NCBI RefSeq assembly: GCF_900111325.1 | Contig: NZ_FOGW01000013.1 | Coordinates: forward strand, 59,836 to 91,835 | Reading direction: 5' to 3' | DNA length: 32,000 nt | Origin: Lachnobacterium bovis | GTDB taxonomy: Bacteria > Bacillota > Clostridia > Lachnospirales > Lachnospiraceae | Shown: one piece after another, positions 6,289 through 15,754 of the stretch | Numbering within the stretch: the first letter of the stretch is position 1 | How the letters are laid out: every line of letters starts with the position of its first letter | Notes under the pieces: model-generated | The model's input: the letters and a program-made list of their open reading frames with translations, nothing else | What the model was told of the DNA's origin: nothing | The model's database searches: none | Program-made: the position numbers and the translations under genes

Positions 6289-7698
6289 ATGATATTAGAA
6301 TTACTACAGAAATTAGATGATGTAATGTATTATCCAATTTTGATTATTGTTATGGCGATAGCAGGATTATACTTTACAATTAAAACAAGATTTGTTCAGA
6401 TTAGACATTTAAAAGATGCCTTTAAATTAGTAATGGAAAAGCCACAGGATAAGTCACAAGTCTCATCATTTCAGGCACTTATGGTTTCGACTGCATCGAG
6501 AGTAGGTACAGGAAATATTGTCGGCGTATCAACAGCAATCTGTTTAGGAGGCGCGGGTTCAATTTTCTGGATGTGGGTTATGTGTATTATAGGTGCATCT
6601 TCTGCATTCGTAGAAAGCACTTTGGCGCAGATTTATAAACAAAAAGAAGAAGATGGTAATAGTTATGGTGGACCAGCTTATTATATTGAACAGGCATTAA
6701 AAGCTCCTTGGTTATCAGTAGTATTTTGTGTTTGCTTAATAGTTACATACGCGGTCGGATTTAATTTATTATGTTCTTATAATTTACAATCAACATTTGA
6801 AACATATAGTTTTTATAATAAAAATATTACACCATATGTAGTCGGAGTGATTATTACATTATTAGTTGGATTTTGTGCCATGGGTGGCGGTAAAAAAATT
6901 ATTAAATTTACAGAAATATTAGTGCCTATTATGGGTGTTTGTTATGTTTTAGTATCTTTAATTGTAATAATTTTTAACATAAAAAATGTACCTACAATGT
7001 TTATAACTATCTTAGAAGATGCATTTGATTTTAAATCAATTCTAGGTGGTGTCGCTGGTTCGTGTTTAATATATGGTGTAAAGAGAGGATTGTATTCGAA
7101 TGAAGCAGGTGTTGGTTCTGCACCAAATGCATCAGCATCGGCGAATGTAAGTCATCCTGTAAAACAGGGCTTGGTTCAAACAGTTTCAGTATATATTGAT
7201 ACAATGCTTCTATGCACAGCAACTGGTTTGATGTGTTTGAGTTCAGGAGTAAAAGCTTCAGAAAAGGTTGCAGGAATGCCTTATGTACAAAATGCAATTA
7301 GTACTGTTTTTGGAAAATTCGGTCCTATTTTTATAACAGGAGCAATGATTCTATTTGCAATAACAACACTTTTAGGAAATTTATATTATGTTGAAAATGC
7401 AGTAATATACCTTAATGGTAAAAAAAGACCAAGTGAAAGATTTTTCAAAATCTTTAGACTTATTTGTGTTATTATAATTTTCTTTGGATCAATAGTTTCA
7501 ATGGATGTAGCTTGGGCTGCAGCAGATATAACAATGGGCTTTATGACGTTGATAAACTTACCATGTTGTGTTGCATTATTTAAAGTAGTCAATTTGGCAT
7601 TAAAAGATTATGAACGACAGTTAAAAGAAAACAAAAATCCAGAATTTAAAGGTGTAGATATTGGATTAGATAAAAATGATATTTGTTTCTGGAAATAA
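6289..7698 (+). CDS. alsT: Alanine/glycine:cation symporter (AGCS family)
   Basis: 469 aa with about 11 transmembrane segments. AGCS hallmarks are present: 'FQALMVSTASRVGTGNIVGV', 'GGPAYYI' and 'GLYSNEAGVGSAPNA'. Confidence 0.9.
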   Translation: MILELLQKLDDVMYYPILIIVMAIAGLYFTIKTRFVQIRHLKDAFKLVMEKPQDKSQVSSFQALMVSTASRVGTGNIVGVSTAICLGGAGSIFWMWVMCIIGASSAFVESTLAQIYKQKEEDGNSYGGPAYYIEQALKAPWLSVVFCVCLIVTYAVGFNLLCSYNLQSTFETYSFYNKNITPYVVGVIITLLVGFCAMGGGKKIIKFTEILVPIMGVCYVLVSLIVIIFNIKNVPTMFITILEDAFDFKSILGGVAGSCLIYGVKRGLYSNEAGVGSAPNASASANVSHPVKQGLVQTVSVYIDTMLLCTATGLMCLSSGVKASEKVAGMPYVQNAISTVFGKFGPIFITGAMILFAITTLLGNLYYVENAVIYLNGKKRPSERFFKIFRLICVIIIFFGSIVSMDVAWAAADITMGFMTLINLPCCVALFKVVNLALKDYERQLKENKNPEFKGVDIGLDKNDICFWK

Positions 7699-7710
7699 TC
7701 AAGAGGACAT

Positions 7711-7825
7711 ATGGTTAAAGAAATAGTAAGAGATCAAATGTTTTTATGGTTGGACCTTTTATTTTTTCAATGGTAAACCCTAAAATCGTGAGAAAAACTG
7801 GAAAGTATGAAACCCAGGAAAGCTG
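7711..7825 (+). pseudogene. Peptide deformylase gene remnant (internal deletion, frameshift and 3' truncation)
   Basis: 7711-7746 encodes MVKEIVRDQMFL, compared with MVKDIVKDTLFL in the intact def at 15755. 7752-7825, in a different frame, encodes GPFIFSMVNPKIVRKTGKYETQESC, compared with GPFIVPMVNPKIVKKSGMYQTQESC. About 48 intervening codons and everything after the Cys are absent. Confidence 0.7.
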
Positions 7826-7874
7826 ATATAATTTGGAACAAATACAGATGGATTTAACGTAAAGGAGAAAACTA

Positions 7875-8180
7875 GTGATTATTTTGAAATTTATTAAATT
7901 GATTTTAACTCCAGTTGTTTGGGTAATCCAATTACTTTTATCAATATTGGCATTTTTGATAGAATTAGTTGGTGTTATGTTAGAGATTATTTTTGCTATC
8001 GCAGGTACAATTGGTGTGGTAGTAGCAGTATATGGAATTTACACTCAAAGTATAGATCCTGTAAAAACTATAGCATTGTTAGTAGTGTCATTGCTTTTGG
8101 CATCAATTACAATATGCTTACACAGATGGGGAGCAGCAGGGATACATTCTTTAAAAAGATGTATCTCAAATGTGTTTTAA
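7875..8180 (+). CDS. Small hypothetical membrane protein (3 hydrophobic helices)
   Basis: The GTG start lies 7 nt after AAGGAG. The 101-aa product is strongly hydrophobic, and a terminator follows. The overlapping ORF 7919-8230 in another frame looks non-coding. Confidence 0.5.
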   Translation: MIILKFIKLILTPVVWVIQLLLSILAFLIELVGVMLEIIFAIAGTIGVVVAVYGIYTQSIDPVKTIALLVVSLLLASITICLHRWGAAGIHSLKRCISNVF

Positions 8181-8233
8181 ATTATATAAATAAAAATATT
8201 AAGAGATGTGTTACCAAATATTTTATATAAAAA

Positions 8234-8274
8234 TTCAAACCTTGCAGAGAGTATGTAGGGTTTGGATTTTTTTT
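8234..8274 (+). terminator. Rho-independent terminator
   Basis: TTCAAACCT...AGGGTTTGGA forms the stem, followed by TTTTTTTT (8267-8274). Confidence 0.55.
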
Positions 8275-8358
8275 ATTGCTCTTTAATGTATGTAGAGATA
8301 TAATAGGAATGAAATAAGTTAGTTCTAACTAACGGAAGAGACATAAGGAGGCGGGATA

Positions 8359-9264
8359 ATGAGCTTAGGAGCCAAAATAATAAATTGCGGAATAAAATTA
8401 TCGGGAATAAAGAAAAAGTATTTACTGCCAGAGGATGAGTTTTTAAATGAGATTAAAAAGATGAATAAAAATAGAGGATTTTATTTGCCGAAGGATAAAA
8501 AAGCGTTTTACAAGGAACATGAAGTGATGGAAAATAAGTGTTTGATAGTACAAAGCAGTGAAAAATTATCTCAAAGAGCAATTTTATATTTTTTTGGAGG
8601 TGGGATGATATTAGGCCCAGATAAGGGTGATGTTAGTGTTATTTTGAAACTTATGAAAAAAACAGGATGTGATATATGGTTTCCGATGTATCCATTGTGT
8701 ACAAAAAGTTCTATAATGGATTCTTTTGAAATGGTATATGAATGCTATAGACAGATGATTGATTTATATGGAGGAGGAAATGTAAGTACATGTGGATTTT
8801 CCTCAGGAGGCGCATTAGCAATAGGAATAGCAACATATAATAACACAAGAAAGAATAAACTTCCTATGCCTCGTCATATTGTTGCGGTTTCACCGGGGGA
8901 AGTTCCATGGAAAGATGAAGAGAAAGCAGCAATGAAAAAGAACAATAGAAAAGATATGATGGTAGATTATTCTTTTATGGAGAAAGTAGAAAAATTGGAA
9001 AGGCATGGAAGGAATGATGTTCCTGATTATATGATTCATATCTCTAAAGGGGATTTATCCGGAGTTGATAATATTCATTTTGTATATAGTACAGATGAAG
9101 TTTTATACGGTGCAAAGCAATGCTTTATTGATGCCTGTAAAAAATATAATGTCAAATATTCTGTGCGTGAACGAGCAGGAATGTTTCATTGCTATGCAAT
9201 GTTGCCATATTTTAAGGAGGCAAAAGAGGATTTTGAAGAAATAGCTCAGATTTTATCTGAATAG
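8359..9264 (+). CDS. Alpha/beta hydrolase (esterase/lipase, fold-3 type)
   Basis: The oxyanion-hole region is 'YFFGGGMILG' (HGGG-like). The nucleophile elbow is 'GFSSGGALA' (GxSxG). There is a C-terminal His-containing 'GMFHCY'. Confidence 0.85.
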   Translation: MSLGAKIINCGIKLSGIKKKYLLPEDEFLNEIKKMNKNRGFYLPKDKKAFYKEHEVMENKCLIVQSSEKLSQRAILYFFGGGMILGPDKGDVSVILKLMKKTGCDIWFPMYPLCTKSSIMDSFEMVYECYRQMIDLYGGGNVSTCGFSSGGALAIGIATYNNTRKNKLPMPRHIVAVSPGEVPWKDEEKAAMKKNNRKDMMVDYSFMEKVEKLERHGRNDVPDYMIHISKGDLSGVDNIHFVYSTDEVLYGAKQCFIDACKKYNVKYSVRERAGMFHCYAMLPYFKEAKEDFEEIAQILSE

Positions 9265-9373
9265 AGAATAAAAGTTTATAGAGAGAATAAATAAAGAAAA
9301 ATAAGAGAGTATATAAAAAGAAGGAAGGAGGCAAGTATGATTGTGTCCATAGTTAACACATCATACAAAGGAT

Positions 9374-10150
9374 ATGCTGAAAATGTGGGAAATTATTTTG
9401 ATTCCTTTTATTGGAACAAGCTTAGGTGCAGCAAGTGTATTTTTATTCAAAAAGAAAATGGGAGAAAAATTACAGAGAGCATTAACCGGATTTGCGTCAG
9501 GCGTAATGGTCGCAGCATCTTTTTTTAGTTTGCTTATTCCGGCGTTAGAGCAAGTACATGATATGGGAAATTTAAAATTTATTCCTGTAGTGATTGGGTT
9601 TGGAATAGGAATGTTATTTTTACTTGTGCTTGATTTAGTGACACCTCATATGCATTTTAATAATTGTGAAGAGGGAGTAAAAAGCGGATTAAAAAGAACG
9701 ACGAAATTGGTATTGGCAGTTACGCTTCACAATATTCCAGAAGGAATGGCGGTTGGTATAGTTTGCGCAGGATGGATGTATGGAAGCGCATCAATTACGT
9801 TTACAGGCGCACTTGCGCTATCACTTGGTATTGCAATTCAAAATTTTCCAGAGGGAGCAATTGTATCGGTGCCACTTTTAGGAGAAGGTGTACCAAAAAA
9901 AAGAACTTTTATATATGGAGTTTTATCAGGAGTTGTAGAACCTATTGGTACATTACTTGTAATTGCTGCATCAAAATTTTTGATTCCAACAATGCCATAT
10001 TTATTGAGTTTTGCAGCAGGGGCGATGATGTATGTTGTGGTTGAGGAGCTGATACCAGAAATGTCAGAAGGTCCACATTCAAATACTGCAACAATATGTT
10101 TTGCTGCAGGTTTCATACTGATGTTATCGCTAGATGTTGGTTTAGGTTAA
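9374..10150 (+). CDS. zupT: ZIP family divalent-metal (zinc) transporter
   Basis: 'HNIPEGMAVG' and 'QNFPEGAIV' are the paired ZIP/GufA metal-binding helices, and there are about 8 transmembrane segments. The true start may be ATG 9383 (MWEIILIPF...). Confidence 0.9.
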   Translation: MLKMWEIILIPFIGTSLGAASVFLFKKKMGEKLQRALTGFASGVMVAASFFSLLIPALEQVHDMGNLKFIPVVIGFGIGMLFLLVLDLVTPHMHFNNCEEGVKSGLKRTTKLVLAVTLHNIPEGMAVGIVCAGWMYGSASITFTGALALSLGIAIQNFPEGAIVSVPLLGEGVPKKRTFIYGVLSGVVEPIGTLLVIAASKFLIPTMPYLLSFAAGAMMYVVVEELIPEMSEGPHSNTATICFAAGFILMLSLDVGLG

Positions 10151-10410
10151 GTAAATTTCATAAGAAAAAAGACGATTATTCTATTAATAAAAAATAAGAA
10201 AAAAGACATAAAAAATTTATAATTTTTAATATAGATATTAGTATAAATAAAGGTTATGTGACGATATATAGTATGGATCATTGTGTAAATCTTTTGGTGA
10301 TTTTGTTTTGTCGAATTTAAAAAAACATGGTGGATAAAAACGGAATTAGTAAAATAAAAAAACAAAACATAACACAGATGATTTAGTAAATTTTTATTAT
10401 GGAGGATAAT

Positions 10411-12396
10411 ATGGAAAAAAAATCGTCTTTTTTTTCAAGCATTAAAACAAAACTAATATGTTCAGTGTTCGCAGTTTCTGCTATTCCGTTAATTGTAGCT
10501 ATTACGGTTACGTATATATCATCTACAAGAAAAGCTGAAGCTACGACAAAAGATACACTAGAATGGTCAGTTTGGTATGTTCAATCAACAATAAATACAT
10601 TGTTTACAAGAACACAGGCATCACTAGAGGCTTTGGCGGATTCAGATGCTTTAAACGAATTTTTAGTTACGGGTGGAAATAAAGCTGAAGCTAAGAGACA
10701 GATTGTCGAAGTTAATAAAAATTTTGATGATAAGAATCAGATTGTTCTTTCGGATATGACAGGTATGATGGTTCTTCGTTCTGATGACAGTGGACTTGTT
10801 GATATACATGAACGTGATTATTGGCAGGGAGCGTCTAAAGGAAATAATAGTTGTTCTTCTGTAATGATTAGTAATTCTACTAAAACAAGATCGGTTTGTT
10901 ATGCTGTTCCAGTTTTTAAAAAAGGAACAAAAACAGTAATCGGTGTATTACACAGAAGTTATGATTTAGATCAAATCCATGATATTTTGGCTGATGCTGG
11001 TGGAGAGTCATTTATTGTTGATAATAAAGGAACATTAGCTGCACATTCGAATTACAAGATTAGTGTTAAGGATAAACCAGTTGATTTTAGCAAATCGCCA
11101 TATATGACATCTGGTAAGCAAGAAGGCACTTATGAGAGTTATGCAGTAGGTAAACATACATATGTTTCGTACGTAAAGGAGCCATTGTCAGGCTATACTA
11201 TTGCTTCTGCTATAGAAGTTAAAGAGGTTGTAAAATCTGCTAGAGAGTCAGCATTAATAACAATTGTAATAGGAATTATTCTTTTAGCAATAGGTGCAGT
11301 TTTTTCATTTTTCCTAGCTGCAAGTTTCATTAAACCAATAAAAGAAGTTGATAAGTCATTAGCAGAGCTTTCAAAAGGTAGATTCTGCTTGATAAATAAA
11401 TATACACAGCGTAAAGATGAGTTTGGACATATAGTAAGAAATACGAACTTGTTAATTGAAAAACTTTCAAATATCGTTGGACATCTTAAAGAATCTTCGG
11501 GCACAGTTGGAAATTCTTCAGAAAGATTATCTGGAATGGCAAATCAAATTGCTGCCACAACGGAAAGTGTAGCACTTGCAGTACAGCAGATTGCAAGTGG
11601 AGCTGTTCAACAAGCAGATGATATTCAATCATCAGCAGAGAGTGCAAAAGATATTATGGATGCTGTTGAAGGGGTACAAGGCTCAGCAGAAGATATGGCG
11701 TCTCTTGCAGAAAGGATGAAGAGTGCGTCAGAAATTTCAAGTAGGTCATTGTCAAATCTTCAGGGAACAAGTACAGAAATGACAAATAAGATTGAAGAAA
11801 TCTCTAATAGAATTTCATCAACTCAGCATGCAGTAGCTAATATAAACGAAAGAGTTGAAGGAATTACAGGAATTGCTGCACAGACAAATCTTCTTTCATT
11901 AAATGCATCAATTGAGGCAGCTCGTGCTGGTGATGCAGGAAGAGGTTTTGCAGTTGTTGCGGATGAGATTAGAAAACTTGCAGATGATTCAAAGAGTTTA
12001 GCTTCAGAAATAAGAGTTCTTATGGATGAACTTTTAGTTGAGGCAAATCAAGCTGTTAGTGTTGCAGAAGAAGTTAGAAGTGGAAATATTGAGCAACAGA
12101 ATGCACTTAAAGAGACATTCCATGCAGTAGATGGAATGATAGGTGATATAGAAGAGACTGTTATAAGTGTTTCAAAAATTAAGAAAGAGGCAGATGTCTG
12201 TGTTGCGTCAAATACAGTGGTATCTAATGCTATGACATCGCTATCTGCGGTTTCTGAAGAAAATGCAGCAGCAACAGAGACGACAGGAGCTTCGTTAGAA
12301 GAGTTATCTTCAACAGTTACAACATTAGCAGATGCAGCAACTAACCTTAATACAATAGCAGATCAGCTAAATGAAGAAATAAAATTCTTTGAATAA
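10411..12396 (+). CDS. Methyl-accepting chemotaxis protein with an extracellular Cache-type sensor
   Basis: ATG 10411 is preferred because the GGAGG sits inside the codons of the earlier ATG 10399. The layout is TM1, a ~250-aa periplasmic domain, TM2, HAMP, then the conserved signalling hairpin '[36 protein letters not shown]'. Confidence 0.9.
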   Translation: MEKKSSFFSSIKTKLICSVFAVSAIPLIVAITVTYISSTRKAEATTKDTLEWSVWYVQSTINTLFTRTQASLEALADSDALNEFLVTGGNKAEAKRQIVEVNKNFDDKNQIVLSDMTGMMVLRSDDSGLVDIHERDYWQGASKGNNSCSSVMISNSTKTRSVCYAVPVFKKGTKTVIGVLHRSYDLDQIHDILADAGGESFIVDNKGTLAAHSNYKISVKDKPVDFSKSPYMTSGKQEGTYESYAVGKHTYVSYVKEPLSGYTIASAIEVKEVVKSARESALITIVIGIILLAIGAVFSFFLAASFIKPIKEVDKSLAELSKGRFCLINKYTQRKDEFGHIVRNTNLLIEKLSNIVGHLKESSGTVGNSSERLSGMANQIAATTESVALAVQQIASGAVQQADDIQSSAESAKDIMDAVEGVQGSAEDMASLAERMKSASEISSRSLSNLQGTSTEMTNKIEEISNRISSTQHAVANINERVEGITGIAAQTNLLSLNASIEAARAGDAGRGFAVVADEIRKLADDSKSLASEIRVLMDELLVEANQAVSVAEEVRSGNIEQQNALKETFHAVDGMIGDIEETVISVSKIKKEADVCVASNTVVSNAMTSLSAVSEENAAATETTGASLEELSSTVTTLADAATNLNTIADQLNEEIKFFE

Positions 12397-12461
12397 TATT
12401 GAAAAGAATAGTTAATATGAAAGAAATTTAATATGATAATAAAGAAGAAATAAAAGTTAAA

Positions 12462-12504
12462 ATACTCTCTTTACTTAATAAAAAGTAAGGAGAGTATTTT
12501 TTTA
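12462..12504 (+). terminator. Rho-independent terminator
   Basis: ATACTCTCTTTACTT...AAGTAAGGAGAGTAT forms a ~15-bp stem with one G-T pair, followed by TTTTTTT. Confidence 0.8.
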
Positions 12505-12585
12505 CAATTTTATATAAAAAGAGTTATAATAAAAAATGTTTAATTAAATAATTTAAAACTAAAATTTATCATATATGGAGGCAAT

Positions 12586-12987
12586 ATGTTTTTAAAAAAA
12601 GAGAATAAATCAGGTTTGAAATTACGTCCACATCATGGAATGTGTTTTGAGTTTTATGAAGGAAAAGGTTATAGCGGTGAGTTTACAGATCATATGGGAA
12701 AGATAATCAAAAATTTTGAAAGCAACCCAAATCAAATTATTACGGTAACTGCAGATACAGATATTGTGTGTAAACACTGTCCTAACAATAGTGGACTATG
12801 CTGTGAAAGTCAAAGCAAAGTCATGAAATATGATAATGCTGTATTAGAGTTATGCAATTTAAAAGACAAAACTACGATAGAATATGGTAAGTTCAGAGAA
12901 ATCGTGAGAAATAAAATTTTAAGAAAAAATTTGAGAAAAGAAATATGTGGTGATTGTCAATGGAATAGTATATGTGAGAAAAAGTAA
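12586..12987 (+). CDS. DUF1284 domain protein (Cys-rich, possible Fe-S or metal binding)
   Basis: 'LRPHHGMCFEFYEGKGYS' followed by 'DIVCKHCPNN...C' and 'CGDCQWNSIC' matches my recollection of the DUF1284 pattern. Confidence 0.7.
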   Translation: MFLKKENKSGLKLRPHHGMCFEFYEGKGYSGEFTDHMGKIIKNFESNPNQIITVTADTDIVCKHCPNNSGLCCESQSKVMKYDNAVLELCNLKDKTTIEYGKFREIVRNKILRKNLRKEICGDCQWNSICEKK

Positions 12988-12988
12988 A

Positions 12989-13171
12989 CCAATGAGAACT
13001 GCATTCTAGGCATCAAAACTTGCGATTGCGGCATTTATCGTGCCTTATATGTTTTGCTATAATCCAGCAATGTTATTAATTGATACAGATGTGATTTCTG
13101 TAATATTAATATGTATTACATCAGTTTTAGGTGTATTATATAGTCATAGTAAAAAGTATCCTAGAGATTAG
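12989..13171 (+). pseudogene. Remnant of a TRAP transporter fused-permease C-terminus
   Basis: The frame reads PMRTAF*ASKLAIAAFIVPYMFCYNPAMLLIDTDVISVILICITSVLGVLYSHSKKYPRD*. The 'AAFIVP(F/Y)MF.YNPA(L/M)LLI' block is the conserved C-terminal helix region of TRAP 4TM/12TM permeases. There is an in-frame TAG at 13007-13009 and no upstream body of the gene. Confidence 0.6.
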
Positions 13172-13216
13172 AAAAATAATATATAAAAGTTAAGTAAAGG
13201 TTTGGAGAAAATAAAA

Positions 13217-14347
13217 ATGAAATTAAAAAGTAAACTCAAAAAAATTGATATTGTGATGGTAATTGCCTGGACGTTAGCAATTATTTCTTCCTTTTTTGTG
13301 AAACCAAGTCTAAAATATATAGACTATATTGATTTTAGATCACTTGGAATTTTATGGGGATTGATGGTTATTATACAAGGACTAAGATATCATCATGTAT
13401 TTGAAAAAATAGCTAAATTTTTATTAGAAAGAGTAAACAAACAGTGGCAATTGGTGATGGTTTTAGTTTTTATGTGTTTTGTTGGAAGTATGTTTATAAC
13501 AAATGACGTTGCACTTATTACATTTGTTCCTTTTTCGATTATGATTTTAAAGAGTTGCAAAAAAGAACAAATAGTAGTGCCTGTTATTGTTTTACAAACG
13601 ATTGCAGCAAATCTCGGAAGTATGTTAACTCCTATTGGAAATCCGCAGAATCTATACATGTATGGTTTGATAAAAATAGATTTTTTAAGTTTTATAAAAA
13701 TATTACTTCCATACACATTGGTGTCAACTGTTTTAATTGTGATATCGATTTTTATATTTGCATATGATAAAGATGATTTAGATACATCTGAAGTAGAATT
13801 TGAGATAGATGATAATGTACAAAAAATAAAAATTACAATGTATTTTGCATTGTTTGTAATTGCTATTTTATCTGTAGTAAGAGTAGTTCCTTGTATGGCA
13901 TTTGTGTTAACGGTATTAGTTGTTGTAGGAATTTGTGAGTTTAATATTTTGTTTAAAGCAGATTATATATTGTTACTTATATTTATAGGCTTTTTCATTT
14001 TTACAGGTAACATGGGACAAATAAGAGCAATTCGAATTTTTCTTGAAAGTGTTTTAAAAACACATGAGTTTGCAGTTGGTATTGTTACAAGCCAATTTAT
14101 AAGTAATGTTCCTGCAACTCTTATGCTATCAGGTTTTGCCAAAAATTATCGCCAGCTTTTGATAGGAGTAAACGTTGGGGGCTTGGGAACTCTTATTGCA
14201 TCCATGGCAAGTCTCATTTCTTATAAGGCGTATGTTAAGGAATATCAAACAGGGAGTGGCAAGTTTATAAAAATATTTACAGTTCTTAATGTTATTTTCT
14301 TAATAGTATTAGGTGGAGTGAATGTATTTTTTTACGGAGGAATATAA
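13217..14347 (+). CDS. ArsB/NhaD-superfamily (CitMHS-like) anion permease
   Basis: ATG 13217 lies 9 nt after GGAG; the ORF track begins at TTG 13202. It has about 10 transmembrane segments, with 'FITNDVALITFVP' and 'LTPIGNPQNLYMY' motifs characteristic of this superfamily. Confidence 0.8.
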   Translation: MKLKSKLKKIDIVMVIAWTLAIISSFFVKPSLKYIDYIDFRSLGILWGLMVIIQGLRYHHVFEKIAKFLLERVNKQWQLVMVLVFMCFVGSMFITNDVALITFVPFSIMILKSCKKEQIVVPVIVLQTIAANLGSMLTPIGNPQNLYMYGLIKIDFLSFIKILLPYTLVSTVLIVISIFIFAYDKDDLDTSEVEFEIDDNVQKIKITMYFALFVIAILSVVRVVPCMAFVLTVLVVVGICEFNILFKADYILLLIFIGFFIFTGNMGQIRAIRIFLESVLKTHEFAVGIVTSQFISNVPATLMLSGFAKNYRQLLIGVNVGGLGTLIASMASLISYKAYVKEYQTGSGKFIKIFTVLNVIFLIVLGGVNVFFYGGI

Positions 14348-14491
14348 ATATTGTTAGTAAAAAGTCTCACTAGATACTTGTGATGAGTGTTTATGTGGGG
14401 CTTTTTTTATATGAAAGTTCCAATTTTCATTAGTTGTAAATACATATTAGACGATATGTACAATGTGATGAAGAAATTTGGAGGGATAAAT

Positions 14492-15124
14492 ATGAGTGAA
14501 ATGGATAAAAAAGCAATGTATAAGCTGACATATGGCCTTTTTGTATGCACAGCAGTATTAGGTGAAAAGAAAAATGGATGTATTATAAATACTGCAATTC
14601 AGGTCGCATCAGATCCTAATTTGATTTCGATTGCAATTAATAAATCAAATTATACCCATGATATGGTAAAAGAATCAAAAAAATGTAATATATCAGTATT
14701 GTCTACAGAAGCTCCGTTTGAATTGTTTAAGCATTTCGGATTTCAATCGGGGCGTAACGTTGATAAATTTGCAAATTACAAAAAATATAGTGTTGCAAGC
14801 AATGGAATACCATATATTTTAGAAGGAACAAATGCGTATTTTTCTTTAGAAGTAGTCCAGATGGTTGATTTAGGATCACATACATTATTTATTTGTAAGC
14901 CTACGGGAATGGAAGTTTTGAGAAATAAACAATCCTGTACATATGAATATTATCAAGAAAATATAAAACCAAAACCTGAAGCAGTTGGTGTAACAATAGA
15001 AGGCGAAACGGTATGGAAATGTCGGATTTGCGGTTACACTTATGTTGGAGAGGAATTACCAGATGATTTTATTTGTCCAATCTGCAAACATCCAAAGGAT
15101 GACTTTGAAAAAATAGTTAAGTAA
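14492..15124 (+). CDS. Flavin reductase-like domain fused to a C-terminal rubredoxin (high-molecular-weight rubredoxin type)
   Basis: ATG 14492 lies 7 nt after GGAGGG. The N-terminal 'YGLFVCTA...NGCIINT' resembles an FMN-binding flavin reductase domain. The C-terminal 'WKCRICGYTY...FICPICKHPKDDF' is a canonical CxxC...CxxC rubredoxin. Confidence 0.85.
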   Translation: MSEMDKKAMYKLTYGLFVCTAVLGEKKNGCIINTAIQVASDPNLISIAINKSNYTHDMVKESKKCNISVLSTEAPFELFKHFGFQSGRNVDKFANYKKYSVASNGIPYILEGTNAYFSLEVVQMVDLGSHTLFICKPTGMEVLRNKQSCTYEYYQENIKPKPEAVGVTIEGETVWKCRICGYTYVGEELPDDFICPICKHPKDDFEKIVK

Positions 15125-15195
15125 AGATTAGACTAGATTATTTATTGAATTTTTGTTAGTATAGTGTATGTTGATTTTTTTAGGAGGTCTAATAA

Positions 15196-15660
15196 ATGGA
15201 AAACATTGAAACAATTAAGACTGAAGAATGTACTAGCGGAGTTGAGAATACAACTACAGTAAGTAACGAAAATGTAGAATGTGAGAAGAAATCTAACGTA
15301 ACATTACTTCCTTTTGAAGAAGAAAATGTTGATTTTGGTACATTTTGCAAATCTGATTTTAGAGCAGTAAAAGTTAAAGAATGTATTGCAGTTCCAAAGA
15401 GTAAGAAATTGTTACAGTTTACACTTGATGATGGAACAGGAAAAGATAGAACAATTTTATCTGGTGTTCATGCGTATTATGAACCAGAAGAACTTGTAGG
15501 TAAAACATTACTTGCAATCGTTAATCTTCCACCAAGAAGTATGATGGGAGTTGAATCTTGTGGAATGCTTATGTCAGCAATTCATGAAGAAGACGGTGAG
15601 GAAAAATTAAATCTTGTAATGTTAAATGATGCAATTCCTGCAGGAGCAAAATTAGAGTAA
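15196..15660 (+). CDS. Stand-alone tRNA-binding domain protein (Trbp111/CsaA/MetRS-C-terminal type)
   Basis: The C-terminal ~105 aa align by eye with the C-terminus of the MetRS in this window. They share 'AVPKSKKLL', plus 'LSGVHAYYEPEELVGK' against 'VSGIRKYYTPEEMVGK' and 'VNLPPRSMMGVESCGML' against 'CNLKPAKLAGVLSEGML'. The ~45-aa N-terminal extension is unique. Confidence 0.85.
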   Translation: MENIETIKTEECTSGVENTTTVSNENVECEKKSNVTLLPFEEENVDFGTFCKSDFRAVKVKECIAVPKSKKLLQFTLDDGTGKDRTILSGVHAYYEPEELVGKTLLAIVNLPPRSMMGVESCGMLMSAIHEEDGEEKLNLVMLNDAIPAGAKLE

Positions 15661-15754
15661 AAAGATATAGAGCATTGCCTAGTTGTGTTTGATAGTTTAT
15701 ACTAGATATCATAATATTAGGACAGTGCTCTTGTTTTTTAGAAAGAGGTTAATT

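Noticed and set aside
7919-8230. 103-aa plus-strand ORF overlapping the 7875-8180 membrane ORF in another frame.
   Set aside because: It has no RBS, and its composition is Cys/Arg/Tyr-rich and not protein-like. The 7875 frame has an AAGGAG site and coherent transmembrane helices.
14387-14491. N-terminal extensions in the ORF track. Examples are 14387 for the flavin reductase-rubredoxin, 15683 for def, 26123 for the MCP, 4685 for the LRR protein, 13202 for the permease and 10399 for the MCP.
   Set aside because: Internal ATGs with well-spaced GGAGG-type sites give N-termini that match family expectations. The extensions read like translated intergenic DNA.
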